In this document: piece after piece, positions 49,494 to 59,394 of the stretch
How positions within the stretch are numbered: the stretch's first letter is position 1
Layout of the letters: every line of letters starts with the position of its first letter
NCBI GenBank assembly: GCA_044341565.1
Contig: JBIIRM010000001.1
Coordinates: 74,527 to 138,526 of the forward strand
Source: Minisyncoccia bacterium
Lineage (GTDB): Bacteria; Patescibacteriota; Minisyncoccia; SW-4-49-11
DNA length: 64,000 nt
Direction of reading: 5' to 3'
Made by a program: the position numbers and the translations under genes
The notes under the pieces: model-generated
Told to the model about the DNA's origin: nothing
The model's database searches: none
Seen by the model: only the letters and a program-made list of their open reading frames with translations

Positions 49494-49916
49494 ATGTTAT
49501 TAGCACCAAGAAAGACGAAGCATCGAAAAATTCATAAGGGAAAACCTTCTGATAAGTTAAATGCAGCCTCCAGAGGAATAGAATTATCATTTGGTTCTTA
49601 TGGTCTTCGAGCCACAGAAGCTAAATGGATTACTGCTCGTCAAATTGAATCTGCCCGACGAGCCATTAGTCGATATACCGCTAGAGGAGGTAAGGTTTGG
49701 ATTCGCGTATTCCCTCATAAGCCTATTACTACCAAAAGTGCTGAAGTAGGTATGGGAAAAGGAAAAGGAGCGGTGGATCATTATGTAGTAAACCTAAAAG
49801 CAGGTAAGATTTTATTTGAAATTGATGGTGTTACCAGAGAAATTGCTGAAGAAGCTCTTAAAAGAGCTGGAGCTAAGCTCCCGGTAAAAACAAAGTTTAT
49901 TAGTAAAGAGCAATAA
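49494..49916 (+). CDS. rplP: 50S ribosomal protein L16
   Basis: 140 aa; MLLAPRKTKHRK… canonical L16. Confidence 0.9.
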   Translation: MLLAPRKTKHRKIHKGKPSDKLNAASRGIELSFGSYGLRATEAKWITARQIESARRAISRYTARGGKVWIRVFPHKPITTKSAEVGMGKGKGAVDHYVVNLKAGKILFEIDGVTREIAEEALKRAGAKLPVKTKFISKEQ

Positions 49917-49985
49917 AAGCTTGACTAATTGCAAAAAATTCGATATACTATAGCCTATGACTGGCGCTTTAAGAACAGAGTTATT

Positions 49986-50174
49986 ATGAGTAAAGAGGGA
50001 TACAATACCAAGGCACAAGGAGAATTACAAAAGATTCTTGCTGAGAAGCAATTAGAACTTGGTAAGCTCATCTTTGTAAAAGGAGATCCTTCTCAAAAAT
50101 CAGATGGCTCAGCTATCAAAGCATTGAGACGAGATATTGCTCGAATTCAAACAGTATTGACCAAATTATCCTAA
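49986..50174 (+). CDS. rpmC: 50S ribosomal protein L29
   Basis: Start taken at the in-frame ATG at 49986 (MSKEGYNTKAQGELQKILAEKQLEL…RRDIARIQTVL), an L29-like helix pattern. Confidence 0.7.
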   Translation: MSKEGYNTKAQGELQKILAEKQLELGKLIFVKGDPSQKSDGSAIKALRRDIARIQTVLTKLS

Positions 50175-50182
50175 TTTTAACT

Positions 50183-50437
50183 ATGGCAGAATTTACTATT
50201 ACATCTAAGACGAAAACTCGTACCCTAAAAGGTAAAGTAGTATCTACTGCTATGGAAAAAACTGTAATTGTAGCTGTGAATCGTACAAAATCAGATCCTT
50301 TGTATAAAAAGCGATATACCGTTACCAAGCGATATATGGCACATAATGAAAATGCAGATATTAAGCTTGGAGATGAAGTTGTGATTGAAGAGTCTCGACC
50401 ATTATCCCGACATAAGAGATGGGTAGTAATACAATAA
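50183..50437 (+). CDS. rpsQ: 30S ribosomal protein S17
   Basis: 84 aa; …[19 protein letters not shown]… S17 family. Confidence 0.9.
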   Translation: MAEFTITSKTKTRTLKGKVVSTAMEKTVIVAVNRTKSDPLYKKRYTVTKRYMAHNENADIKLGDEVVIEESRPLSRHKRWVVIQ

Positions 50438-50438
50438 T

Positions 50439-50807
50439 ATGATTCAGAAAGAGAGTAAATTAAAGGTAGCTGATAATTCAGGAGCAAAAATCATTGAATG
50501 TTTCAATGTTCTTGGAGGAACTCGCAAAAGATATGCTCAATTAGGAGATATTATTGTTGCTTCAGTAAAAAGTGCAGAACCCCGAGCAACAGTGAAAAAG
50601 GGAGATGTAGTGAAAGCTGTAGTTGTACGTCAGCGAAAAGAATATCGCCGAGCTGATGGATCATATATTCGATTTGATGAAAATGCAGCTGTTATTATTG
50701 GAGGGAATAAAGAACCAGTTGGAACTCGTGTATTCGGACCAATTGCTCGTGAAATTCGAGAAGCAGGATATATGAAAATTGTATCATTAGCACCAGAAGT
50801 ACTGTAA
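50439..50807 (+). CDS. rplN: 50S ribosomal protein L14
   Basis: 122 aa; [17 protein letters not shown]… canonical L14. Confidence 0.95.
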   Translation: MIQKESKLKVADNSGAKIIECFNVLGGTRKRYAQLGDIIVASVKSAEPRATVKKGDVVKAVVVRQRKEYRRADGSYIRFDENAAVIIGGNKEPVGTRVFGPIAREIREAGYMKIVSLAPEVL

Positions 50808-50819
50808 TAAGACAAGCAT

Positions 50820-51125
50820 ATGAAGATTCGAAAAAATGACACAGTTGAAGTTCTCTCTGGAAAAGATAAGGGAAAGAGAGGAAAAATCATCGAGGTAATA
50901 CCATCTCGAAACCGTGTTCGTGTTGAAGGAGTAATGCTCGTTAAAAAGCATCAAAAACCTCGCAAAGAAGGGGAGACAGGTTTAATTATTGAGAAGCCAT
51001 CAACTATTCATATGTCTAATGTTGCTTTTGTAGATACTGAAACTGGTACTCGAACAAAAGTATCATATAAATTTGTTGGGGACAAAAAAGTACGATATAG
51101 TCATAAATTGAATAAGGAATTATAG
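50820..51125 (+). CDS. rplX: 50S ribosomal protein L24
   Basis: 101 aa; KOW motif …VEVLSGKDKGKRGKI…. Confidence 0.85.
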   Translation: MKIRKNDTVEVLSGKDKGKRGKIIEVIPSRNRVRVEGVMLVKKHQKPRKEGETGLIIEKPSTIHMSNVAFVDTETGTRTKVSYKFVGDKKVRYSHKLNKEL

Positions 51126-51126
51126 T

Positions 51127-51666
51127 ATGTCAAGTTTGAAAAATCGTTATCAAGAATCACTTCGTCCAGAACTTATGAAAGAGTTTGGGATTAAGAATAC
51201 TTTTGCTGCACCTCAAATTGAGAAGATTACTCTCAATGTAGGAACAGGAAAGAATTTTCGTGATGTACAAAAATTTGAGAAGGTAAAGTCAATTTTGACA
51301 ACTATTTCTGCTCAACAACCAATTTCGGTAGCTGCTAAAAGTTCTATTGCTCAATTCAAGACTCGACAAGGAATGACAATTGCACTTAAGGTTACTCTTC
51401 GAGGAGAGAGAATGTATGATTTTCTTGATAGATTAATTTCTATTGCACTTCCTCGAACTCGAGATTTTCAAGGAATTGAATCAACTAAAATTGATGAGAA
51501 CGGAAATGTAAATTTTGGAATTAAAGAGCAAATTATTTTCCCAGAATTATCCAATGAGGAACTCGGAATTAATTTTGGATTACAGGTTAATATCACCATT
51601 TCCAATTCCAATAAGGAAAAAAGCCTTCATTTATTAAAATCAATGGGATTCCCATTTAAGCAATAA
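51127..51666 (+). CDS. rplE: 50S ribosomal protein L5
   Basis: 179 aa; L5 family. Confidence 0.9.
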   Translation: MSSLKNRYQESLRPELMKEFGIKNTFAAPQIEKITLNVGTGKNFRDVQKFEKVKSILTTISAQQPISVAAKSSIAQFKTRQGMTIALKVTLRGERMYDFLDRLISIALPRTRDFQGIESTKIDENGNVNFGIKEQIIFPELSNEELGINFGLQVNITISNSNKEKSLHLLKSMGFPFKQ

Positions 51667-51676
51667 GAGTAGAAAT

Positions 51677-51862
51677 ATGGCAACAGAAGCACATATCGCA
51701 AAGTCCAAAAAGAAGCAGAAGTTTAGTACTCGTGGTGTTAATCGATGTTTTAAATGTGGAAGACATAGAGGATATATCCGAGATTTTGGATTATGCCGTA
51801 TTTGTTTCAGAGAACTTGCTTCAGAGGGATTAATCCCTGGTATTAAAAAATCTAGTTGGTAA
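51677..51862 (+). CDS. rpsZ: 30S ribosomal protein S14 type Z (zinc-binding)
   Basis: 61 aa; [20 protein letters not shown] four-Cys zinc ribbon. Confidence 0.9.
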   Translation: MATEAHIAKSKKKQKFSTRGVNRCFKCGRHRGYIRDFGLCRICFRELASEGLIPGIKKSSW

Positions 51863-51875
51863 TTATAAGAATTAT

Positions 51876-52265
51876 ATGAATATGACTGACCCAATTGCAG
51901 ACATGCTAACCAGAATCCGTAATGCACAAGCGGTGAATAAGAGAGAGGTATCCATCCCTTACTCTAATCTTAAATTTGAAATTGCAAAATTATTAAAGAC
52001 TAAGAAATTTGTAACAGGAGTTACAAAAGTTGATCAAGAAAAAGGATTTCCTCTTCTTGTTATTGATCTTAAAAAAGATGGGATTAAGGGAATTGATAGA
52101 GTGAGTAAGCCAGGACGTAGAATTTATCTTGGAGCTCAGGAACTTCCAACACAATTTAAGTATGGAAAAGGAACTGTAGTGCTATCTACCTCAAAAGGAA
52201 TTATAGATGCTAATACTGCAAAAAGAGAGAATTTGGGAGGAGAAGTTATTTGTCAAATTTGGTAA
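51876..52265 (+). CDS. rpsH: 30S ribosomal protein S8
   Basis: 129 aa; MTDPIADMLTRIRNA… canonical S8. Confidence 0.9.
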   Translation: MNMTDPIADMLTRIRNAQAVNKREVSIPYSNLKFEIAKLLKTKKFVTGVTKVDQEKGFPLLVIDLKKDGIKGIDRVSKPGRRIYLGAQELPTQFKYGKGTVVLSTSKGIIDANTAKRENLGGEVICQIW

Positions 52266-52283
52266 TTAAGTAAGTATACGATT

Positions 52284-52820
52284 ATGTCAAGAGTAGGAAA
52301 AAAGCCAATTCAAATCCCAGAAGGAGTATCCATAGCATTACAAGATGGAGTATTGACTGTTACAGGTCCAAAAGGAGTATTATCTCAAGATGTAAAGCAT
52401 CCAGTAAGTTTTGAAATAGGAGAAACTGAAATTTTTGTAACTCCACAAGAGCAAATCAAGAATATTAGTGCTTTTTGGGGATTATATCGAGCTTTACTCC
52501 AAAATATGATTACGGGAGTAACAGATGGGTTTACCAAAAAACTTCGTATTGAAGGAGTGGGATATCGTGTAGCATTACAAGGACAAACTCTTGTATTGAA
52601 TCTTGGGTATTCACATCCAATTGAAGTAACAGCTCCAGAAGGTATTACTTTTGAAGTAGATAAAAATATTATTTTAGTAAAGGGTATTGATAAAACTATT
52701 GTAGGACAAGTATCTGCTAATATTCGGGCTACTCGACCACCAGAACCCTATAAAGGAAAAGGTGTGAGATATGATGATGAATTTGTCAGAATGAAAGTAG
52801 GTAAGAAAACATCTTCTTAA
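52284..52820 (+). CDS. rplF: 50S ribosomal protein L6
   Basis: 178 aa; MSRVGKKPIQIPEGV… canonical L6. Confidence 0.9.
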   Translation: MSRVGKKPIQIPEGVSIALQDGVLTVTGPKGVLSQDVKHPVSFEIGETEIFVTPQEQIKNISAFWGLYRALLQNMITGVTDGFTKKLRIEGVGYRVALQGQTLVLNLGYSHPIEVTAPEGITFEVDKNIILVKGIDKTIVGQVSANIRATRPPEPYKGKGVRYDDEFVRMKVGKKTSS

Positions 52821-52874
52821 ACACTTGAAATAAGAAGATAAATGTGATAAAATAAGGATTATAATGCATATAGT

Positions 52875-53231
52875 ATGAAGGCAATTTTGGACAAACAGCG
52901 ACGATTAGCAAGAAGAAAAGTAAGAGTGAGAGGAAAAATCTCAGGGACCTCTACTATTCCTCGATTAGCAGTATCCAAAAGTAATACCAGTATATATGCT
53001 CAACTTATTGATGATATTAAGGGAGTTACTTTACTTGGACTACATAGTAAATCATTGAGCAAAGGAAAAAGTGTTACTATTACTGATGCTGAAAAATTAG
53101 GAGAAGCATTAGCGGTAGCTGCATTAGAAAAGAATATTTATCGTGCTATATTTGATAGAAGAGGACGAAAATATACTGGAAAAATCTCAGCTTTTGCAGA
53201 AGGAGCTCGTAAATCAGGATTAAGAATTTAA
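52875..53231 (+). CDS. rplR: 50S ribosomal protein L18
   Basis: 118 aa; L18 family by sequence and position. Confidence 0.85.
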   Translation: MKAILDKQRRLARRKVRVRGKISGTSTIPRLAVSKSNTSIYAQLIDDIKGVTLLGLHSKSLSKGKSVTITDAEKLGEALAVAALEKNIYRAIFDRRGRKYTGKISAFAEGARKSGLRI

Positions 53232-53232
53232 T

Positions 53233-53694
53233 ATGGCAAAGCAGCAACAACAATCAAGACAGCCAGAAAAGCGAGAATATGATCATAAAGTACTAGATAT
53301 AGCTAGAGTAGCCCGTGTTATGGCTGGAGGACGACGATTTTCTTTTCGAGCAACTGTTGTAATTGGAGATCGTAAAGGAAAAGTTGGAGTTGGAATCGGA
53401 AAAGGAGCTGATACCGCTATTGCAATTGATAAAGCTATTAATGCTGCCAAGAAAAAAATGGTACAAATTGATGTAAGTACCGGTACTATTCCGGTTGACG
53501 CCACTGCAAAATTTGGTAGTGCTCAAATTATTTTAAAGCCAGCCAAAGAAGGAAAAGGAATTGTAGCTGGTGGAGCAGTTCGAACTGTTGTAGATTTTGC
53601 TGGGATTAAGAATATTACCGCTAAGATGCTCGGAGGAAAGAATAAGCTCAATAATGCTCAAGCAACAGTAAAAGCTTTGTTAATGACTCAATAA
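53233..53694 (+). CDS. rpsE: 30S ribosomal protein S5
   Basis: 153 aa; S5 dsRBD and C-terminal domain. Confidence 0.9.
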   Translation: MAKQQQQSRQPEKREYDHKVLDIARVARVMAGGRRFSFRATVVIGDRKGKVGVGIGKGADTAIAIDKAINAAKKKMVQIDVSTGTIPVDATAKFGSAQIILKPAKEGKGIVAGGAVRTVVDFAGIKNITAKMLGGKNKLNNAQATVKALLMTQ

Positions 53695-53695
53695 T

Positions 53696-54160
53696 ATGCA
53701 TATTCATACATTATCACCACATCCATCACAAAAAACTCGTAAAAGAATAGGACGCGGAGGAAAGCGAGGTACTTATAGTGGAAAAGGACAAAAAGGACAA
53801 AAAGCTCGATCAGGAGCTAAAATTTCTCCTCTATTCACCGGAGGTAGTGCTGCTTTAGCTGGACAAGGAAGCCGAGTTATTCATAAAAGAAGAGGACAAT
53901 CCCCAGTACAAGGAGCTCATCGAATTGGGAATATAAAGGGTAAAACCGCCTATACTATTGTAAATATTCAGTCAATTGCAGCCCTATTTGATAATGGAGC
54001 TATTATTAATCGTGAAAGTCTATTACAGGTGAAATTAATTCGAAATAGTACTACAGATATTAAAGTATTAGCCAAGAATACTGGAGAAGCTATTGATAAA
54101 AAATTTGTATTTGAAAATATTGCGGTATCGAAGACAATACAGGATATATATAGTGCATAA
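53696..54160 (+). CDS. rplO: 50S ribosomal protein L15 (immediately follows S5; no L30 gene between)
   Basis: 154 aa; Gly/Arg-rich N-terminus typical of L15. Confidence 0.85.
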   Translation: MHIHTLSPHPSQKTRKRIGRGGKRGTYSGKGQKGQKARSGAKISPLFTGGSAALAGQGSRVIHKRRGQSPVQGAHRIGNIKGKTAYTIVNIQSIAALFDNGAIINRESLLQVKLIRNSTTDIKVLAKNTGEAIDKKFVFENIAVSKTIQDIYSA

Positions 54161-54217
54161 GCTATATATAGTTGAGGGAGCCTTTGTGATATAATAGATA
54201 AATGTTAAGATATAGAT

Positions 54218-55486
54218 ATGAAAAGATGGCTCTATATACCTCGAATACCAGAGCTTAGAAATAAACTTCTACTTGTATTTGGTATATTAATAATATATCG
54301 GCTTATTGCATCTATTCCTATTCCAGGAGTAGATACTGCTCGTATACAAGCTTTTGCTGATTCTAATCAGCTTGTAGGACTTCTTGATGTATTTTCAGGA
54401 GGAGGATTTTCTAATTTTTCTTTAGTAGCATTGGGTGTTGGGCCATATATTACCGCTTCTATTATTATGCAATTATTCACAATGGTAGTCCCATCATTGA
54501 ATCGATTATATAAAGAAGAAGGAGAACAAGGAAGACAAGTATTCAATCAATATACAAGAATGCTCACCGTACCACTTGCTATTGTGCAGGCAATGTCAAC
54601 ATTGACATTATTAAGAAGTCAAAATATTATTCAGGATATTACCAGCCTACAAGTCATTACTATTGTCGCTTTAATGACAGCAGGAAGTATTGGACTTATG
54701 TGGCTCGGAGAGATAATCACCAATCAAAATGTAGGGAATGGAATATCATTGATTATATTCGCAGGTATTATTGCGGGGCTCCCAACAACATTAAGTCAAT
54801 TTTTCTTAAACTTTAATAGAGGAGAGATTCCATTATATCTTGTATATACCGCTCTTACCTTAATTGTTATATATGCAATTATCTTTATTACTGAGGGACA
54901 GCGTAATATACCCATATCATATAGTAAAAAATCGCGAGGATCACTCGTTAATGCACAAGTTGACACCTATTTACCAATGAAAGTAAATCAGGCTGGGGTA
55001 ATGCCGATTATTTTTGCAGTATCTCTCGTATTATTCCCACAAGTTGTAGCTAATTTATTAGTACAAAGTAATATTTCTTGGCTAGCCTCAGGAGCTCAAG
55101 CAGTTAATACTTTCCTTTCTAATCAAGTAGCTTATGCTAGTCTCTATTTCATCTTTGTATTAGTATTTACCTATGTGTATACTACCATTGTTTTCGAACC
55201 AAAAGCAGTGGCTGAGAATTTACAAAAACAAGGAGGTTTTGTAACAGGAATTCGTCCAGGAGAAAAAACAGCTCAATATCTTCAATATGTATCCAATAGA
55301 ATTATTATTTTTGGAGCTGTATTCTTAGGTATTATTGCGGTATTACCATATATTGTTACTGGATTTACTGGCAATCAAGCATTAGCCATTGGAGGAACTA
55401 GTCTCTTAATCGTGGTATCTGTAATTCTTGAGACTATGAAACAAATCGACTCACAAATTATTGTGAGAGATTATGATAGTCTTTAA
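54218..55486 (+). CDS. secY: Preprotein translocase subunit SecY
   Basis: 422 aa; 10-TM SecY family. Confidence 0.9.
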   Translation: MKRWLYIPRIPELRNKLLLVFGILIIYRLIASIPIPGVDTARIQAFADSNQLVGLLDVFSGGGFSNFSLVALGVGPYITASIIMQLFTMVVPSLNRLYKEEGEQGRQVFNQYTRMLTVPLAIVQAMSTLTLLRSQNIIQDITSLQVITIVALMTAGSIGLMWLGEIITNQNVGNGISLIIFAGIIAGLPTTLSQFFLNFNRGEIPLYLVYTALTLIVIYAIIFITEGQRNIPISYSKKSRGSLVNAQVDTYLPMKVNQAGVMPIIFAVSLVLFPQVVANLLVQSNISWLASGAQAVNTFLSNQVAYASLYFIFVLVFTYVYTTIVFEPKAVAENLQKQGGFVTGIRPGEKTAQYLQYVSNRIIIFGAVFLGIIAVLPYIVTGFTGNQALAIGGTSLLIVVSVILETMKQIDSQIIVRDYDSL

Positions 55487-55506
55487 TATGGAGAATTACT
55501 AAAACA

Positions 55507-55522
55507 GTAAAACTTATCCACA
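55507..55522 (+). promoter_or_regulatory. 16-bp motif GTAAAACTTATCCACA containing a perfect DnaA box, upstream of cassette copy 1
   Basis: Identical 16-mer recurs at 61331-61346 upstream of the paralogous gene; the -10 TATAAT at 55537-55542 has an adjacent upstream TG. Confidence 0.45.
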
Positions 55523-55590
55523 TAGATACAATAGTGTATAATCAATGAATATGGTATACTATTAAAAGAGAATAATAAATACACATTTTT

Positions 55591-57162
55591 ATGAAAAAAA
55601 TAAATTCAATATTAGGTATGGTCGTATTAATGACATCTTTGTTTTCCCCTCAGATAGCAGTATTAGCTCAGGGTATATCGAGTATGGATATAGATAACTT
55701 AACTCAAGAAGAATATGATAATCTAGTGAAAGAAAGAGAGCAACTTGAAAGTAGTCGGGGGGAGCTTCCAGAACCCCTATCACCAACTCCACCCACAGCA
55801 GAAGAGGTAGAGAGATGGATTAAGGAAAGCGAAGATAATCCCCCAGAAGAAATTCCATATATAAGTACATTAAAGGAAGAAGGTTTAAAGAATGCATCAC
55901 TAGGTAATTGCTTTGATGTATATAAATTTAATAATATACGACTAGGTATTATTGTGGATCAAAATGAATATCAGACAGGAGCAGAAGCTAAGCCAGGATC
56001 AGGTCTTATAAGATTTACAGGAAATATTGAAAATAATAATAATTATCCACTAGTAGATTTAAAGATAAAAGCTAAAATAGTTAAAATTGAACAAGAAGGT
56101 AATAAGAGAATAGTTAAGACAGTAGATGAAATAGTGATAAAAGATAATATAAGCTTAGCAAGTCAGGGAACACAGGAGATAGATGAATCATACCAACTAC
56201 CAATTAAGGCGGCTAAAGGAGACTATGAAATATTATTGTCTGTAGTTTCCAATGATCAGATTAGTGTAGCGGGATTAAGCTTTACAGATGATGTATATGC
56301 ATCTAAATTAAATTTTAAAATAGAAGGTGATAATACAGAAGAGATAATTATTAAACAAAAAGATATAACGATCAATGATGTTCCGTATAATAATTTATCA
56401 TTCAATCCTAAATATAGAGATAAAAGACCAGTTACAATCAAAGTACCGATACAGAACAATACAGATACAGATAAAGAAGTAGAAGTAGAATATGAAGTAT
56501 ATAGCTGGAGTGATGACATAGGGAAAATAAAGAAAGAATTAAAACAATTAAAAACAATAGCCAAGCAAGGTACAAGTATAGCAAGCTATACAATAGAAGA
56601 ACAAGCAGAAGCAGTATATTATATTAAAATAAAAGTTAGAGGTAATAATGTGCTCACAAATATGAGCTGGAAAAATATAGCAAATATAAGGTTTGTGAAT
56701 GAAGATATAAGTGAGCCAAGAATAGCTGCGGTAACATTAAATACTAGCCCATATAGTCCAGAAAAAGGTGATATACAGCTTTTAACTTGTATACATAATA
56801 CGAATGAGACTGAAGTGGAAACAATAGTAGAAAACACCATAAAAGATGAGAGTGGTAAAATAATAGCAAGTAGTGAATATAAAGGAACGGTTACAGGTCA
56901 AGTTGATGGTATATATACTCAATTGCCAAAAAATAAGAGATATAATACCTTAATGGTAACAAGTACAATTAAGGATAAAGACGGAAATATACTGAATACC
57001 GTTGACTTAAATTATGACTGTAAAGAATTAAACCCAAATCAATGTGGTCAGGGAAATACAAATGGTAGTATATGGGTATTATTAGGAGGATTATTAGTGT
57101 TAGGAGGGCTAGTGTTTGGATTTCGAGAATATAGAAGGAGAGCATTAAAGTCGATAAAATAA
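55591..57162 (+). CDS. Secreted, C-terminally membrane-anchored surface protein (signal peptide plus C-terminal TM helix and basic tail), unknown family; paralogue of 61404-62810
   Basis: 523 aa; N-terminal signal MKKINSILGMVVLMTSLFSPQIAVLAQG; C-terminus …GSIWVLLGGLLVLGGLVFGFREYRRRALKSIK; blocks conserved with the paralogue: NCFDVYKF, LLTCIHNT, NYDCKELNPNQC. Confidence 0.6.
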   Translation: MKKINSILGMVVLMTSLFSPQIAVLAQGISSMDIDNLTQEEYDNLVKEREQLESSRGELPEPLSPTPPTAEEVERWIKESEDNPPEEIPYISTLKEEGLKNASLGNCFDVYKFNNIRLGIIVDQNEYQTGAEAKPGSGLIRFTGNIENNNNYPLVDLKIKAKIVKIEQEGNKRIVKTVDEIVIKDNISLASQGTQEIDESYQLPIKAAKGDYEILLSVVSNDQISVAGLSFTDDVYASKLNFKIEGDNTEEIIIKQKDITINDVPYNNLSFNPKYRDKRPVTIKVPIQNNTDTDKEVEVEYEVYSWSDDIGKIKKELKQLKTIAKQGTSIASYTIEEQAEAVYYIKIKVRGNNVLTNMSWKNIANIRFVNEDISEPRIAAVTLNTSPYSPEKGDIQLLTCIHNTNETEVETIVENTIKDESGKIIASSEYKGTVTGQVDGIYTQLPKNKRYNTLMVTSTIKDKDGNILNTVDLNYDCKELNPNQCGQGNTNGSIWVLLGGLLVLGGLVFGFREYRRRALKSIK

Positions 57163-57166
57163 GCAT

Positions 57167-59326
57167 ATGAAAAACCTTAAATATAACCATATGAAATATA
57201 TAGTAATACTACTATTATCCTTAATAGTATATATGTTACCTCAACAAAGTTCTGCAATATCCGTACCAGTTAATTATACAGATAGCTGGAATTATTATAG
57301 ATTACATAAAAGAGGTGGCTGTGGAGGTCCACCTGACTTTAAGGCGCAAACATTGTTTGGTATGAGTCTAGACAAACAATTTACTCTTCAAGCTCAAGGT
57401 ATTAGAAACTTAAATCAAAATGAGTCAGGAGCTGGAGATATCCCTGTTGGAACAAATTTGCTTGCATATAATGATAATGTAACCGGATCTTATTGGTACG
57501 CTCAAGTAGATAATGCTACTCCCCCCATGGACAATAATATATATAACTGGAATTATATGAGCAGTGGAGGAGATTGTTCAGGCGGTTATGAGGTGCAAAA
57601 TCAGATGCGAGGAGGGATAATAGGTCAAGTGGGGCATAGTATCTCAAGTAGTGATCCGAGTATTATAGATTGTGCTTCAGCACCTAATCTTAGTAGAGGA
57701 TGTACTACTAAAAGAGAAGGAGTTGCCACATTGACTGTTAGTTGGCCAGGGTCTGGTTCTTATTATGTCGAAAGGAATTACCAGTGGGGGAGTACTTTCC
57801 CTAAGATTACATATGAAGCGCAGGTATGTACAGTCACTGGATATACATTTGTAAGATATTCGGGGCGTGTACCTATAACAAAATGTTCTTGTCCTGCTGG
57901 TACAAATCAAAGAATCGTGTCAACTGGTCGTGTTGGTGGTCAAAGCGTGGTCTGTATAAGAAATTTGGGGAACGTCTTTACTGCAGCGGGAGGAGGGTAT
58001 GCAAGGGAGGGATGGGGATATTCCTTAAATCCAATAACCTATACTGTAAGAGTAAAGAATCCAAACCAAGCACCAACAGTAGCCTATACAGGAACAACAG
58101 GTATAGGATATAATACCGCAACAGCAAATTGGAGCTATAGTGATGTGGATGGAGATGCTCAAACAAATGCTGCAGTACAAATAGCTACTGATCCCGGCTT
58201 TACTAATATTGTATGGGGTGGATATGCTGGTACTGCAAGTAATATAGCAATATCAGGACTTATACCAGGGACAACATATTATCCACGAGTAGCAGCATAT
58301 AATCCAGTAAACGGATGGACAGGATGGTTAAATGGAGTAGCCTTTAGTACAAAAGTAAATAATCCACCTAATCTAGATCAATTAAGCTGTGGAGGAACAG
58401 GAACAGGATATACAACAGGTAATATAAATTGGAATTATACAGGTACAGATGAGCCAGGAGATGAGTTAGTATTAAAAGCAAAATGGAGAAGAGAAGGAGA
58501 AGTAGATTGGGTATGGGACAACTTACCATATAATACTAGAACAGGAAACATAGATATAAGTGGATTAATATCTGGATATGAGTATGACATACAAGTAAGT
58601 CTAAACGATAACCGCAATAGCAACTTAGGAGATAGATGGAAAGGATGTGGAAGATTTACAACCACAGAATATCCAGAACCTAGCGTAGATTTCAATTTAA
58701 AGAGTGGAAGTACAACAGTAGCAAAAGGAGAAACTTTAACAATAAAGACAGGAGATCCAATTAGTACAAATTGGAAAATAACTAATACAGACGGGTTGAA
58801 TCCTAGTAGTTGTGCATTAAGTACCGAAGGAGTAAGGACTATATTTAATGAAAGTGGTTTAGGGTTTGGACCAGACTCGAGACAAAACAATAATGTAGAA
58901 CCAGATAAAGCTGATCAAACATATACAATAAATCTTAGTTGTACAGGGAAGGAGGCAAAAGTTCCAAGATCAGTCAATGCAAATATTACATTAGTGATAC
59001 AAAGCTATCCGTTAATAAGTTGTAGAGTAGTAAATACTAAGGTAGTAAGTGCAGAGAGGCCAACAGCAGAAGTAGAAGGGACAATAGGGAATGCAAATCC
59101 ACAATATACATGGCGAATAAAAAGGACAATAGGAGAGAATTATGGAAGTCCAATAACAAGTGATAGTACAACACAAAAATTCACTCTAGATTATACAGGA
59201 TTAGGACTAGGGAAATACAATCCAGTCATAGAAGCAAAAGGATCATTAGGAAGAACAGCAGAGAAAACCTGTACTGGAGATATAACTAATTTTGGGGATA
59301 GATCTATTAGAGAAGTAGCTAAATAG
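57167..59326 (+). CDS. Secreted Cys-rich protein with fibronectin type III-like repeats; paralogue of 62814-64000+
   Basis: 719 aa; signal peptide; >20 Cys; FN3-like blocks (…ANWSYSDVDGDAQ…GLIPGTTYYPRVAAYN… and …NINWNYTGTDEPGDEL…). Confidence 0.6.
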   Translation: MKNLKYNHMKYIVILLLSLIVYMLPQQSSAISVPVNYTDSWNYYRLHKRGGCGGPPDFKAQTLFGMSLDKQFTLQAQGIRNLNQNESGAGDIPVGTNLLAYNDNVTGSYWYAQVDNATPPMDNNIYNWNYMSSGGDCSGGYEVQNQMRGGIIGQVGHSISSSDPSIIDCASAPNLSRGCTTKREGVATLTVSWPGSGSYYVERNYQWGSTFPKITYEAQVCTVTGYTFVRYSGRVPITKCSCPAGTNQRIVSTGRVGGQSVVCIRNLGNVFTAAGGGYAREGWGYSLNPITYTVRVKNPNQAPTVAYTGTTGIGYNTATANWSYSDVDGDAQTNAAVQIATDPGFTNIVWGGYAGTASNIAISGLIPGTTYYPRVAAYNPVNGWTGWLNGVAFSTKVNNPPNLDQLSCGGTGTGYTTGNINWNYTGTDEPGDELVLKAKWRREGEVDWVWDNLPYNTRTGNIDISGLISGYEYDIQVSLNDNRNSNLGDRWKGCGRFTTTEYPEPSVDFNLKSGSTTVAKGETLTIKTGDPISTNWKITNTDGLNPSSCALSTEGVRTIFNESGLGFGPDSRQNNNVEPDKADQTYTINLSCTGKEAKVPRSVNANITLVIQSYPLISCRVVNTKVVSAERPTAEVEGTIGNANPQYTWRIKRTIGENYGSPITSDSTTQKFTLDYTGLGLGKYNPVIEAKGSLGRTAEKTCTGDITNFGDRSIREVAK

Positions 59327-59394
59327 AAGAATATGGTGAGAAAAGGAGGAATATCTCTATAGGATATTCCTCCTTTATGATATACTAAATACTA

